From NCBI GenBank assembly GCA_045535475.1, contig JAZSLR010000074.1:3989-67988 (forward strand): DNA of 64,000 bases. Direction: 5' to 3'. This DNA comes from Acutalibacteraceae bacterium (lineage in GTDB: Bacteria; Bacillota; Clostridia; Oscillospirales; Acutalibacteraceae). Below, one piece after another: positions 1-8,660 of the stretch. Every line of letters starts with the position of its first letter. The stretch's first letter is position 1. Below the pieces are notes generated by a model. The model ran no database searches. It was given only the letters and a program-made list of their open reading frames with translations, and had not been told where the DNA came from. Made by a program: the position numbers and the translations under genes.

Positions 1-789
1 ATTATTCGGGCCTACATTGTAGCTGACTTTGCCGCCGCTGTAGTTTGTCAGGTAATCAACCTCTTTCTGGGTGAGGCTGATTGTAACTCCGCCTGCCTTG
101 TCGATAAAATCGGTAACGCCGTTGAAATCAACAACAACGAAACGCTGAATATCAAGGTCAAAAAGCTGGTTGACTGTATTGACTGCAAGTCCGACGCCAT
201 CAAACGAATAAGCGGCGTTGATTCTGTTCCATCCCCTGCCCTCGATGGGTACAAGCGAGTCACGGAGAACGGAAATCATCTTTATTGCGCCAGTTTTTTT
301 GTTATAGGACACAACAATCATTGCGTCGCTTCTGCCTCTTTCACGGGTAACGTCTCTTGAATCCGTTCCCATAACAAGAATATTTTCGATGTTGGGGTCT
401 TTCTTCGGGACTTTATATATCGGGGTTTTGCCGTAAACACTCTTTACATTTTCGTTTCTGCCGAATGATGCGTTTCTGTCAAGTCCGTCATCTATCGCAG
501 AGCCGTTTCCGCCTTGGTTTACACTGTTGGCAAGAGTTTGAGGTTCGGTGAAGTCTCTGCCGAGATCCTCTTCCCTGAGAGTAACATCCTTCCACTCTTC
601 GGGCTGAGGGTCGGTTTCGGGCACAACGTATTCATCCGTTCTTTCAACAATATCAACCTCTTCATAAGCGTTGTTATTATAGCTGATGATAAGAGGAAGA
701 GCCACACCCGCAATTGTACCGATTACAAGAACAAACGGAATAAGCAGAAGTAATGCCAATATTCTTTTTTTCTTTGATTTCTTTTCCAT
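1..789 (-). CDS. LCP (LytR-CpsA-Psr) family cell-wall glycopolymer ligase, runs off the left edge
   Basis: Not in the ORF track. Manual translation from ATG 789 gives MEKKSKKKRILALLLL (TM anchor), then NILVMGTDSRD...GRSDAMIVVS...ISVLRDSLV...RINAAY...VVVDFNG, which are LCP motifs. Confidence 0.9.
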   Translation of the reverse strand, partial: MEKKSKKKRILALLLLIPFVLVIGTIAGVALPLIISYNNNAYEEVDIVERTDEYVVPETDPQPEEWKDVTLREEDLGRDFTEPQTLANSVNQGGNGSAIDDGLDRNASFGRNENVKSVYGKTPIYKVPKKDPNIENILVMGTDSRDVTRERGRSDAMIVVSYNKKTGAIKMISVLRDSLVPIEGRGWNRINAAYSFDGVGLAVNTVNQLFDLDIQRFVVVDFNGVTDFIDKAGGVTISLTQKEVDYLTNYSGGKVSYNVGPNN

Positions 790-869
790 AAAAGCACCCG
801 TTTCGTTATAACTTTTATATATACTATGTATTTTATCATAATCTTTTAAAAAATACAATATAACAACGT

Positions 870-902
870 AAAAATGCCCACGGCGGATACCGCGGGCATT
901 TT
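870..902 (-). terminator. Rho-independent terminator after the beta-helix gene
   Basis: AAAATGCCC...GGGCATTTT hairpin with flanking A/T tracts. Confidence 0.7.
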
Positions 903-903
903 A

Positions 904-2526
904 TCAATCAAAAATAACGTATATTTCGTGCCAGAGTGTTTCGAGGATATTACGGATTGTGCGGATGAGTTTTTCGATAAAGTTTTCGCCTTTGTATTCC
1001 GTATCTGTACCCGTACCGCCGTAACAGCCGATGTTATTGCTCTGAATCGGGTTGCCGTAAAAATCCTTTTCAATTCCATCAACCGCAGCACCTGCGCCGA
1101 TAAGCGGCGAGTCTTTCGAAAGCATAAAACTGTTGACATCCGAATAATCCGTGCCGCTGAAACCGGGCACTGTATTCATTGCGTTGAGGTCAACAAGCGG
1201 AGTCATAACATTGTAATAGCAGTTATTTTCAAAGACATTTCCTCTTGACGGGTCAAGGTCATAGGCAAATGTTGCACCGTTCATGGGAACAATAATATTG
1301 TTTGCGATATATGAATTAAAGAGATTCTTGAACTGGAATTCACCGCAGTTGACAATGGTGTTGTTATAGAAGCTGAAATCGTGCTCGCCCTGCGCACCGA
1401 CTGCGGTTGTTGTGCGTCCGCCGTTATCGTTGACGGAAAGACAGTAGCGCACGGTGTTACCGTGATGGCCGCTGTGATTGGGGCAGTTGCACATAAAGCG
1501 TACATTATCGTGGGAGTAGATATACTGATAAGTGCAGTTGTGGGTGTAAGAATCGAAATCAACCGCCATACCGTCGCCGATATTCTTCTGCCCTGCTATT
1601 TCGCAATACTGAATGGTGCTGTTTCTGCTTCCCCAGAACCACATTGCGGCGGTAAAATATTCAACGTCGCCGTTTTCCAAAAGTTCCGCGCCGCCCTGGC
1701 AGCAATTGATTGAGCGACAATGGGTAACAAGCGCGCCGTCACAAATACCGACAACAACAGCCTCGGCATCCATCTCGTGGAAATAGCATTTTTCTATAAG
1801 CAGACCTTCGTTATAGATGGGGTCGATATCCTTTTCTTCGCACCAGGGTGTCTGACTGTCATTCCACGAACCCCAGATCATAAATCCGTTTCCGCAGTTA
1901 TAGACTTCGCAGTTGCTGATTGTGAGGTCATTGACGGCATATCTCGACTTTGCGGGCAGACCCTTGACTATAACCGCTGCTCTTGCGGCTGCCGCGCCGT
2001 TTGAAAAATTGTCACGGCTGTGGACTTTATAGTTCTGCATATCCTCGAAATAAACATTATCAATGACAATGCCCTCGGAGGTCTGATTATATGTATCAAT
2101 CCAGATACCGCCGCCGTTGGGTGCTTTGATATGAAGATCGGATACGGTCACATAGGAACAGTCGAAAAGCCTTAACACTTCTGTTTTGTCGTTGGTGTAA
2201 AGAATTGCCCTTTCACCTTCACCATAAGACGAAACGACTATGGGATTATCCTTTGTTCCGTTGCAGGTAAGGGTTGCGGCGCATTCGTATTCGCCGCCGT
2301 TTTTGAACAGAAAATGTGTTCCGGGTTTAATATCAAGATTTTTGAGCCCTGCAAGAGTTTTTACGGGGCTGTCAATCTCCGTTCCGCTGTTTGCATCGTC
2401 ACCGTTAACGGAATCGATATAATAATAGTTTCTGTCGGCTTGAGATGCATAAGAGAAAAATCCAACACTTCCCAAAATAACCGAAAATACCACGATGAAA
2501 CATAAAATTCTGATTGCTTTTTTCAT
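904..2526 (-). CDS. Secreted right-handed parallel beta-helix (pectin lyase fold) protein
   Basis: Signal peptide; YYIDSVNGDDANSG..SP.KTL start motif; Asn/Cys-rich beta-helix repeats (DGMAVDFD, NTVRYCLS, FYNNTIV, NNII); LSKDSPLIGAG...DFYGN motif. Confidence 0.8.
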   Translation of the reverse strand: MKKAIRILCFIVVFSVILGSVGFFSYASQADRNYYYIDSVNGDDANSGTEIDSPVKTLAGLKNLDIKPGTHFLFKNGGEYECAATLTCNGTKDNPIVVSSYGEGERAILYTNDKTEVLRLFDCSYVTVSDLHIKAPNGGGIWIDTYNQTSEGIVIDNVYFEDMQNYKVHSRDNFSNGAAAARAAVIVKGLPAKSRYAVNDLTISNCEVYNCGNGFMIWGSWNDSQTPWCEEKDIDPIYNEGLLIEKCYFHEMDAEAVVVGICDGALVTHCRSINCCQGGAELLENGDVEYFTAAMWFWGSRNSTIQYCEIAGQKNIGDGMAVDFDSYTHNCTYQYIYSHDNVRFMCNCPNHSGHHGNTVRYCLSVNDNGGRTTTAVGAQGEHDFSFYNNTIVNCGEFQFKNLFNSYIANNIIVPMNGATFAYDLDPSRGNVFENNCYYNVMTPLVDLNAMNTVPGFSGTDYSDVNSFMLSKDSPLIGAGAAVDGIEKDFYGNPIQSNNIGCYGGTGTDTEYKGENFIEKLIRTIRNILETLWHEIYVIFD

Positions 2527-2643
2527 TGATATTTCTCCTTGTTTTTATTCTTACCCGTTAATTATAAACAACATTTACAGTAAACGCAATACGCAACAAG
2601 AAAAAATATACCCGACAATGTCTTGCACATTAACCTCCCGTTT

Positions 2644-3345
2644 TCAGATTTTTGTATGATATCCGTGTGCCGCCATATTGTTTGTCGGGTATGGTGTTAG
2701 TTTAACATCATCGGGTGCCATTGCCGCCCCCATATTGTTGGGGTCTTTAATGCCGTAATCCTGAATTCTGCCTATCATAATCTTCTCAATTCTTGCCTTG
2801 GCTTCGCTTTGGGTTACCACCGCCGCACCTGCCGCTGTTGCGGTCCATTGCGCGGTAGGAGTGCGCTGACCGCCGTATTCAAGAGGCATTCTGAACTGCT
2901 TTTCTGCTGAACAGAAATGCGACGAAGTTGACGCAACGGCGGTTTCGGCTATCCTGCTGTCAACACATACAGCCGCAGCTGCAAGCGAAAGAGACATTGT
3001 TGAACACGCACCATAAAGACCCGCAAACGGAATACCCAGTTCACGTATGCCGAAGGTTGTGCCCATACATTGGTTAAGCAAATCGCCGGCAAAAATGACA
3101 TCCGCATCCTGCGGCGTTATTCCTGCTTTGGCGATTGCGCGCGAAACTGCATCTCTGTGGATAACGCTTTCCGCCTTTTCCCACGATTTTTCTCCTGCCA
3201 TTGCATCTTCATAGATGTAGTCGAATTCTCGTCCGAGAGGACCTTCCCCTTCTTTTTTGCCGACAACCGCCGCATATCCCGATATTCCCGGTGCAGACGG
3301 CAGCGACAAAGTATATTTTCCCTGCCTTACGGGCACAAACATCAC
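2644..3345 (-). pseudogene. spoVAD: Stage V sporulation protein AD, 5' fragment (homology ends at about residue 211; 22-aa unrelated tail)
   Basis: VVGKKEGEGPLG, SWEKAES, AGDLLNQC, GLYGACST, SSHFCSAEKQFRMPLEYGGQR, NNMGAAMAP, then divergence; full SpoVAD is about 335-340 aa. Confidence 0.9.
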
Positions 3346-3367
3346 CTCAATTAAAACAATTCACTCA

Positions 3368-3396
3368 TATTATCTTCAAAAAATTACAGATTATTC
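3368..3396 (-). promoter_or_regulatory. Putative forespore (SigG/SigF-type) promoter of spoVAD
   Basis: Minus strand GAATA-N17-GATAATA, close to the SigG consensus GHATR-N17/18-CATAMTA. Confidence 0.5.
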
Positions 3397-3400
3397 CCAT

Positions 3401-3433
3401 AAAAAAGTGTGTGCCCCAAATAGAGGCACACAC
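3401..3433 (-). terminator. Terminator of the MFS gene
   Basis: GTGTGTGCC/GGCACACAC stem followed by a U-tract on the minus strand. Confidence 0.7.
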
Positions 3434-3439
3434 CGAAAA

Positions 3440-4687
3440 TCAGTTTTTATTCTGCTTTTTAAAATATTTCATTGCAACCAAAAGCACGCAGACACCGAGA
3501 ATCGGGAAAACTGCAGTAACAAGCATACCCGCCTTAAGTCCGACCTGCTCTGCGGCGAGGCTGAATTTTGCGCCGATATCGGCGGCGAAAGCGCTTGCTG
3601 CAACCTTGTCAACAACAATTCCGAGAAGCTGAGGAGCAACCGATGCACCAAGGTCACCGCTCGCCGCCATAAGCGCATATGCGGCAACTCCGAGACCGGG
3701 AAGATTTTCTTCCATCATAATAAGCGAACCCGGCCAGAGCATCGACGTGAAAAGTCCCGTAAAGATGCACGCAAGGAAAACAAGGATTGCGTTCGATGAA
3801 AGACCAGCAACAACATAACATACCGCCGCGCCAATCATACCGCCGAGAAGAACTCTCATTATGTTTTTGCCGAATTTTGCGTAGCTGATTCTTGCAATGC
3901 CGAGAAGAATCGCAAACATCGCCATTCCGAGGATATCGCCGAGGGCTTTATCAACGTGAAGGGCATTCTCCATAAATGTTGAAACCCAGCTTGACATTGA
4001 ATTTTCTGCACAGCTTCCGAAGAAAATCGCACCGACGCAGATTGCAAGCGCAAAAGCTCTTCTGCCCGTGCCCTTTGTTCCCTCGGAACTGTGAGTAACA
4101 TCCATATCGGGCATCGGCGAAAGCATAAACATAACCGATGCGATAATCGGCAGAAATGCCCAGAAAAGGGTGAGATACATCCAATTCTGTGTTCCGAAAA
4201 ATCTGAGGAATAAGGTGCTGACAACAACAACCGTGAACACGCCGAAGGCATAGAGCGAATGAAGAAGGCTCATATCCTTCTGCGGATTATCGGACGGAAT
4301 TGCCGCGATAACGGGGCTGAGAAGCACTTCCGAAAGACCTGCCGAAACCGAGAAAAGCACCGTTCCGATAAGCAGACCTATATATGTATTCTGCGGAAAA
4401 AGAGTCGGCGACAATGCGTAGACAAGCAGACCCGCAGAGGTAATCAGCGGCATAACCCTGACCACCTTTTTGACGTTGAAATATTTGGTGAACACAGTGA
4501 AAATGAGGTCAATTGCAAGCTGAGTGCAAAAATTTGTCAGCACGAGAGTGCCGAGAAGGGTGTACGAAATTCCGTACATATCCTGCAGCGTTGCAAAAAG
4601 CAGCGGTGGCAAACTGAAAATTGACGACATTGTGAAATATGCCGTGTAGCACGCAAGCTTGGTGCGTTTGAAATTCTTTTCTTTCAT
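3440..4687 (-). CDS. MFS transporter
   Basis: About 12 hydrophobic segments; start reassigned to ATG 4687 (MKEKNFKR) behind an AAGGAG RBS. Confidence 0.85.
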   Translation of the reverse strand: MKEKNFKRTKLACYTAYFTMSSIFSLPPLLFATLQDMYGISYTLLGTLVLTNFCTQLAIDLIFTVFTKYFNVKKVVRVMPLITSAGLLVYALSPTLFPQNTYIGLLIGTVLFSVSAGLSEVLLSPVIAAIPSDNPQKDMSLLHSLYAFGVFTVVVVSTLFLRFFGTQNWMYLTLFWAFLPIIASVMFMLSPMPDMDVTHSSEGTKGTGRRAFALAICVGAIFFGSCAENSMSSWVSTFMENALHVDKALGDILGMAMFAILLGIARISYAKFGKNIMRVLLGGMIGAAVCYVVAGLSSNAILVFLACIFTGLFTSMLWPGSLIMMEENLPGLGVAAYALMAASGDLGASVAPQLLGIVVDKVAASAFAADIGAKFSLAAEQVGLKAGMLVTAVFPILGVCVLLVAMKYFKKQNKN

Positions 4688-4775
4688 ACCGTTTCTCCTT
4701 GATTGGGATATTAACGGTATTATATATTTATTCTTGCGGTTTTGCAAGGGAAAACAAAACTTTTCTTGAAAATAT

Positions 4776-4802
4776 AAAAACGGCTGCCGAAACAGCCGTT
4801 TT
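4776..4802 (-). terminator. Terminator of the ECF sigma/anti-sigma pair
   Basis: AAAAACGGCTG-CCGAAA-CAGCCGTTTT hairpin. Confidence 0.7.
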
Positions 4803-4808
4803 ATGAGT

Positions 4809-5696
4809 TTATTCGTTTGTTTCAATTGGTGATAAGGCGGTTGAGGTTATTTCTTCGGGTATTGTAGTTGTTATTTCTGTTACAATTTCAGTTTCACCGT
4901 ATTTGGAATTGATTTCAGCTTCCATTTGTTCGATATCTATCCAGTCTTCTGTTAGAGGTGTGTGTTCACCGCTTGCTACAGCTTCTTCAAAATCCGATTC
5001 ATAGACAAACGGGTATTCGCCGCTCAAGTAATATTCGTTTATTATTTCATCGTCAAATGTATAGATTATATCAGGGTTATACAATTCAAACATTTCTTGG
5101 TTTATATAATCTTTAGGATTCATTGACAGAGGCGGACTGTTTGGATCATAAATAACCTTTGCAGCTTCAAGATTAGCTCTCTCAAAATCTTCCTTGGAGA
5201 TATTGAAATGTTGAACAAACAGTTTGACAACCATCTCGTTTGTTTCATTAGGATCTTTTGCATATATTTCTTCTTCCCAATCTTTCAATTCATTTTCATC
5301 TACCAGCAAAGAAAGTTGATATGAAATATTATAATAACATTGGCGATATTTTTCTTGAACAATTTCACCACCGCCTACATCATTTTCTGTTGTATTCTCG
5401 ATTTTTTGTGGGGACTGAACAGAGGTTATCTCAACAGCTTTTAAAGACTCTTTTTCGCTTTGCTCTGTAGCGCTGTGTACGGGTATGTCATTGGTATCGT
5501 TGTGATTCTTGTACGCAAAAGCAGCTGTTACCGCAATTATCAGCACGCATATCGCCACGGCAAAACTTTTGAAATTCAGAGAAAAATGAGTCGCTTCCTG
5601 AACTTCGTTTTCTTTGCATATGTTTATTATCTCTGCTTTCTTCTCTTCTGTAAGCTTTATCTTATTTCCGTTTTCGCAAAACTTATTGAAATCCAT
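4809..5696 (-). CDS. Single-pass membrane protein, probable anti-sigma factor
   Basis: Short N-terminal cytoplasmic part, one TM helix, acidic extracellular domain; immediately downstream of an ECF sigma. Confidence 0.6.
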   Translation of the reverse strand: MDFNKFCENGNKIKLTEEKKAEIINICKENEVQEATHFSLNFKSFAVAICVLIIAVTAAFAYKNHNDTNDIPVHSATEQSEKESLKAVEITSVQSPQKIENTTENDVGGGEIVQEKYRQCYYNISYQLSLLVDENELKDWEEEIYAKDPNETNEMVVKLFVQHFNISKEDFERANLEAAKVIYDPNSPPLSMNPKDYINQEMFELYNPDIIYTFDDEIINEYYLSGEYPFVYESDFEEAVASGEHTPLTEDWIDIEQMEAEINSKYGETEIVTEITTTIPEEITSTALSPIETNE

Positions 5697-5701
5697 TCCT
5701 A

Positions 5702-6181
5702 TCACTCCCCTCTGTAAACCTTTTCAAGAAGCTTTCTGCCCTTCTGCAATCTCATCTTGACTGCCGACGGCGTTTTGCCTATCATTTCGGCGATTTCGTT
5801 AACCTTATATCCGTCTATGTAATGCAGAATAATCACTATCGAATATTTCTCGGGAAGAGAAACCAGAGCTTCAAGCACGGAAGACGCATCTTCGCTGACC
5901 GCATTTGCCGTTACGCTTTCCAAATCCGCATCGGAATATCTGTTTTTTCTTTTAAGCACATTACGGCTGTTGTTGGTTGCAACTTTTATAAGCCAGGCTT
6001 TTTCGTGCTGACTGTTTTCGAACTGCGGAGCTTTCTGAATATACTTCAAAAAAGTTTCCTGAACCGCATCCTGAGCATCGGCTTCGTTTTTCAGAATCAC
6101 AATGCACACTCTGAAAATCATATCCGCATATTCTTCAACCGCTTTTTCAATATCATTTTTCAACGGGATATCTTTCTGCAT
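5702..6181 (-). CDS. ECF-type RNA polymerase sigma-70 factor
   Basis: DAQDAVQETFLK, KAWLIKVATN (region 2); LHYIDGYKVNEIAEMIG...VKMRLQKGRKLL (region 4). Confidence 0.93.
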   Translation of the reverse strand: MQKDIPLKNDIEKAVEEYADMIFRVCIVILKNEADAQDAVQETFLKYIQKAPQFENSQHEKAWLIKVATNNSRNVLKRKNRYSDADLESVTANAVSEDASSVLEALVSLPEKYSIVIILHYIDGYKVNEIAEMIGKTPSAVKMRLQKGRKLLEKVYRGE

Positions 6182-6274
6182 TTCCGCACCCCCTCATTAA
6201 TAATACAATTCAGAAAGCGGTTTGGTCAATTTATTTTTAAAAATAACAAAAACCGCCCGAAGGCGGTTCGAAAG

Positions 6275-6715
6275 TCATCTCAAAAATATATAATACACAA
6301 CGCCGTAAATTACTGCAGCAAGCGTGCCGTAAACCAATACAGGGCCCGCTATTCTGAACATCTGCGCGCCCGTACCGAGGATTCTGCCCTCGCTCTGAAA
6401 TTCCATCGCAGGCGATACAATCGAATTGGCAAATCCCGTTATGGGTACAATTGTGCCCGCACCCGCATAGATGGCAATGTCATCAAAAACTCCGAGTGCC
6501 GTCAGAATCGCGGCAATCACAATCAGCGTTACGGGTATCATCAGCTTCACTTCATCCGCATCAAGACCGAGTTTTTCATAAATCATACCGAAGCCCTCAC
6601 CCAGCGCACAAATGAATCCGCCGATGATAAATGCAAAAATTCCGTTTTTGACTTTATTTGTCGGCGGCGATGCTTTTTTCGCCATTCTGCCGTATTCTCC
6701 GCCTGTTATCGCCAT
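6275..6715 (-). CDS. spoVAC: Stage V sporulation protein AC
   Basis: AFIIGGFICALG, AGAGTIVPITGFANSIVSPAMEF..EG.ILG.GAQMF.IAGPV. Confidence 0.92.
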   Translation of the reverse strand: MAITGGEYGRMAKKASPPTNKVKNGIFAFIIGGFICALGEGFGMIYEKLGLDADEVKLMIPVTLIVIAAILTALGVFDDIAIYAGAGTIVPITGFANSIVSPAMEFQSEGRILGTGAQMFRIAGPVLVYGTLAAVIYGVVYYIFLR

Positions 6716-6740
6716 AAAATCACTCCTTAATATTCGGTTT

Positions 6741-6769
6741 TATCGTTTCCGAAAAACGTAATTTTATTC
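6741..6769 (-). promoter_or_regulatory. Putative SigF/SigG-type promoter of spoVAC
   Basis: Minus strand GAATA-N14-GGAAACGATA upstream of the AAGGAG RBS. Confidence 0.4.
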
Positions 6770-6784
6770 ACGCACAATGAAGTG

Positions 6785-6813
6785 TTGACATATTTTGAAA
6801 AAAATTATAAAAT
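6785..6813 (+). promoter_or_regulatory. SigA promoter of iolA
   Basis: TTGACA-N17-TAAAAT. Confidence 0.7.
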
Positions 6814-6848
6814 AACTTGATAATTAAAAATTGACAGGAGTGTTTTTT

Positions 6849-8366
6849 ATGGCAGTTAAAAAACTTCAGTATTTCGCAGGCGGCAAATGGCTTGATTCGT
6901 CTTGCGAAAAATATATGGATGTCTATAATCCCAGCACGGGCGAAGTTATCGCACAGACTCCCTGCTGCACAAAGGACGAGGTAAACGAGGCTATCGCTTA
7001 CGCTAAAGAAGCGTTCAAGACTTGGTCAAACACACCCGTTATGAAGAGAGTTCAGGTTGTTTTCAAATTCCGTGAACTTCTCGAGGAGCATATGGACGAG
7101 CTTACCGAAATCTGTGCAAGAGAGCACGGCAAGGTATGGAGCGAAGCAAAGGGCGATATTCTCAAAGTTAAAGAACCCGTTGAGCTTGCCTGCTCGGCGC
7201 CCTCGCTTCTTATGGGCGAAAGTATGAGAGATACTTCAACCGGCTACGATACAACACTTTACAGAGAACCCGTCGGCGTTTTCGCAGGCATCGTTCCCTT
7301 TAACTTTCCCGGTATGATTCCTATGGGTTGGATGTCACCCCTCTGCATCGTCTGCGGTAACACAATCGTTCTCAAAGCGGCATCAATGACTCCGATGACC
7401 TGTATGAGACTTGCAGAGCTCTGGCAGGAAGCAGGTCTTCCCGACGGCGTTATCAACATCGTCACCTGCTCAAGAAACGAAGCTGAAATCTTTATGGACC
7501 ACCCCGACGTAAAGGGTATCACCTTTGTCGGTTCAACAAGCGTTGGTCTTCACATTTATTCAAGAGCTGCCGCAAGCGGCAAGAGAGTTCAGGCTCTCTG
7601 CGAAGCAAAGAACCACGGTCTTGTTCTCGAGGATGCTGCTCTTGAAAGAAGCGCAAGAGGCATCATCAATTCCTCATTCGGCTGTGCGGGTGAACGCTGT
7701 ATGGCTCTCCCCGTTATCGTCGCTCAGGAAAGCATCGCCGATGAGCTTGTGGGATATCTTGTGAAATTCGCAAAAGAGCTTAAGCTCGGCCCTGCATACG
7801 ATAAGGAATCCACCCTCGGCCCCGTTGTTACCGAAGCTCACAGACAGTCCATCCTCAAGTGGATTGAAAAAGGCATCGAAGAGGGCGCAGAGCTTGTTCT
7901 CGACGGCAGAAATCCCGTTGTGCCCGGCTACGAAAACGGCTTCTACGTCGGCCCCACAATCTTTGACCATGTTACCGAAGATATGACCGTCGGTCAGAGA
8001 GAAATCTTCGGACCCGTTCTCTGCATCAAGAGAGTTAAAGATTTCGAAGAAGGTCTTGCGGTTATGAACGCAAACCCCTTCGCAAACGGCTCGGTTATCT
8101 TCACTCAGAGCGGCTACTATGCACGTGAATTCGCAAAGAGAACAGACGGCGGTATGGTCGGTGTTAATGTTGGTATCCCCGTACCCGTCGGCGTATTCCC
8201 CTTCACAGGTCACAAGCAGTCATTCTTCGGCGACCTTCACTGCCTCGGCAAGGACGGATTCCGCTTCTACACAGAAACAAAGGCGGTCACCACGCGCTGG
8301 TTTGACGAAGAAGAAATGAAAGCAAAGACCGTTGACACCTGGGACGGCTCAGTCGGCGGCGAATAA
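6849..8366 (+). CDS. iolA: CoA-acylating (methyl)malonate-semialdehyde dehydrogenase
   Basis: ALDH fold: PFNFP, FVGST, AKNH, FGCAGERCMA, EIFGPV, GMVGVNVGIPVP..FPFTG.K.SFFGD; ATG 6849 behind AGGAG. Confidence 0.9.
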   Translation: MAVKKLQYFAGGKWLDSSCEKYMDVYNPSTGEVIAQTPCCTKDEVNEAIAYAKEAFKTWSNTPVMKRVQVVFKFRELLEEHMDELTEICAREHGKVWSEAKGDILKVKEPVELACSAPSLLMGESMRDTSTGYDTTLYREPVGVFAGIVPFNFPGMIPMGWMSPLCIVCGNTIVLKAASMTPMTCMRLAELWQEAGLPDGVINIVTCSRNEAEIFMDHPDVKGITFVGSTSVGLHIYSRAAASGKRVQALCEAKNHGLVLEDAALERSARGIINSSFGCAGERCMALPVIVAQESIADELVGYLVKFAKELKLGPAYDKESTLGPVVTEAHRQSILKWIEKGIEEGAELVLDGRNPVVPGYENGFYVGPTIFDHVTEDMTVGQREIFGPVLCIKRVKDFEEGLAVMNANPFANGSVIFTQSGYYAREFAKRTDGGMVGVNVGIPVPVGVFPFTGHKQSFFGDLHCLGKDGFRFYTETKAVTTRWFDEEEMKAKTVDTWDGSVGGE

Positions 8367-8375
8367 TAACAAATC

Positions 8376-8404
8376 AAGCGGCTTGAAAAACAAGCCGCTT
8401 TTTT
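8376..8404. terminator. Terminator between the convergent iolA and bofA genes
   Basis: AAGCGGCTTG-AAAAA-CAAGCCGCTT followed by a T-tract. Confidence 0.75.
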
Positions 8405-8660
8405 ATGTTTTCATTATAAAATTCAGCACAAGAGTGCCTATCACTCCGGGCAGACCGAGCACTATGTAAGAAATAACCGTATACCAGTTGACGGCAATCG
8501 TGACTCCCGTTATCATTCCCGTCAGATTTACGGCAAAAAGCGCAGCAATTCCCTGCACGGCAGAAAGAAAAAAGCTTGTTGCGCCCTTTTCGCTTTTCAC
8601 TACCCACCACGCAACGCAGACGGCGCAGATAACCGCCGCCACGATAAAGAGCGCATTCAT
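8403..8660 (-). CDS. bofA: Pro-sigmaK processing inhibitor BofA family protein
   Basis: Small 3-TM protein with G..ALFAVN...I.VN.YTV...LGLPG; follows yaaL as in Bacillus; AAGGAGG RBS. Confidence 0.8.
   Translation of the reverse strand: MNALFIVAAVICAVCVAWWVVKSEKGATSFFLSAVQGIAALFAVNLTGMITGVTIAVNWYTVISYIVLGLPGVIGTLVLNFIMKT

Noticed and set aside
4688-4825. N-terminal extensions given by the ORF track (also at 17854, 38193, 42014, 46551, 55875)
   Set aside because: They run through terminators or upstream genes; downstream ATGs with RBS match family starts
5822-6730. 302-aa plus-strand ORF
   Set aside because: Antisense shadow of the ECF sigma and spoVAC; no recognisable motifs
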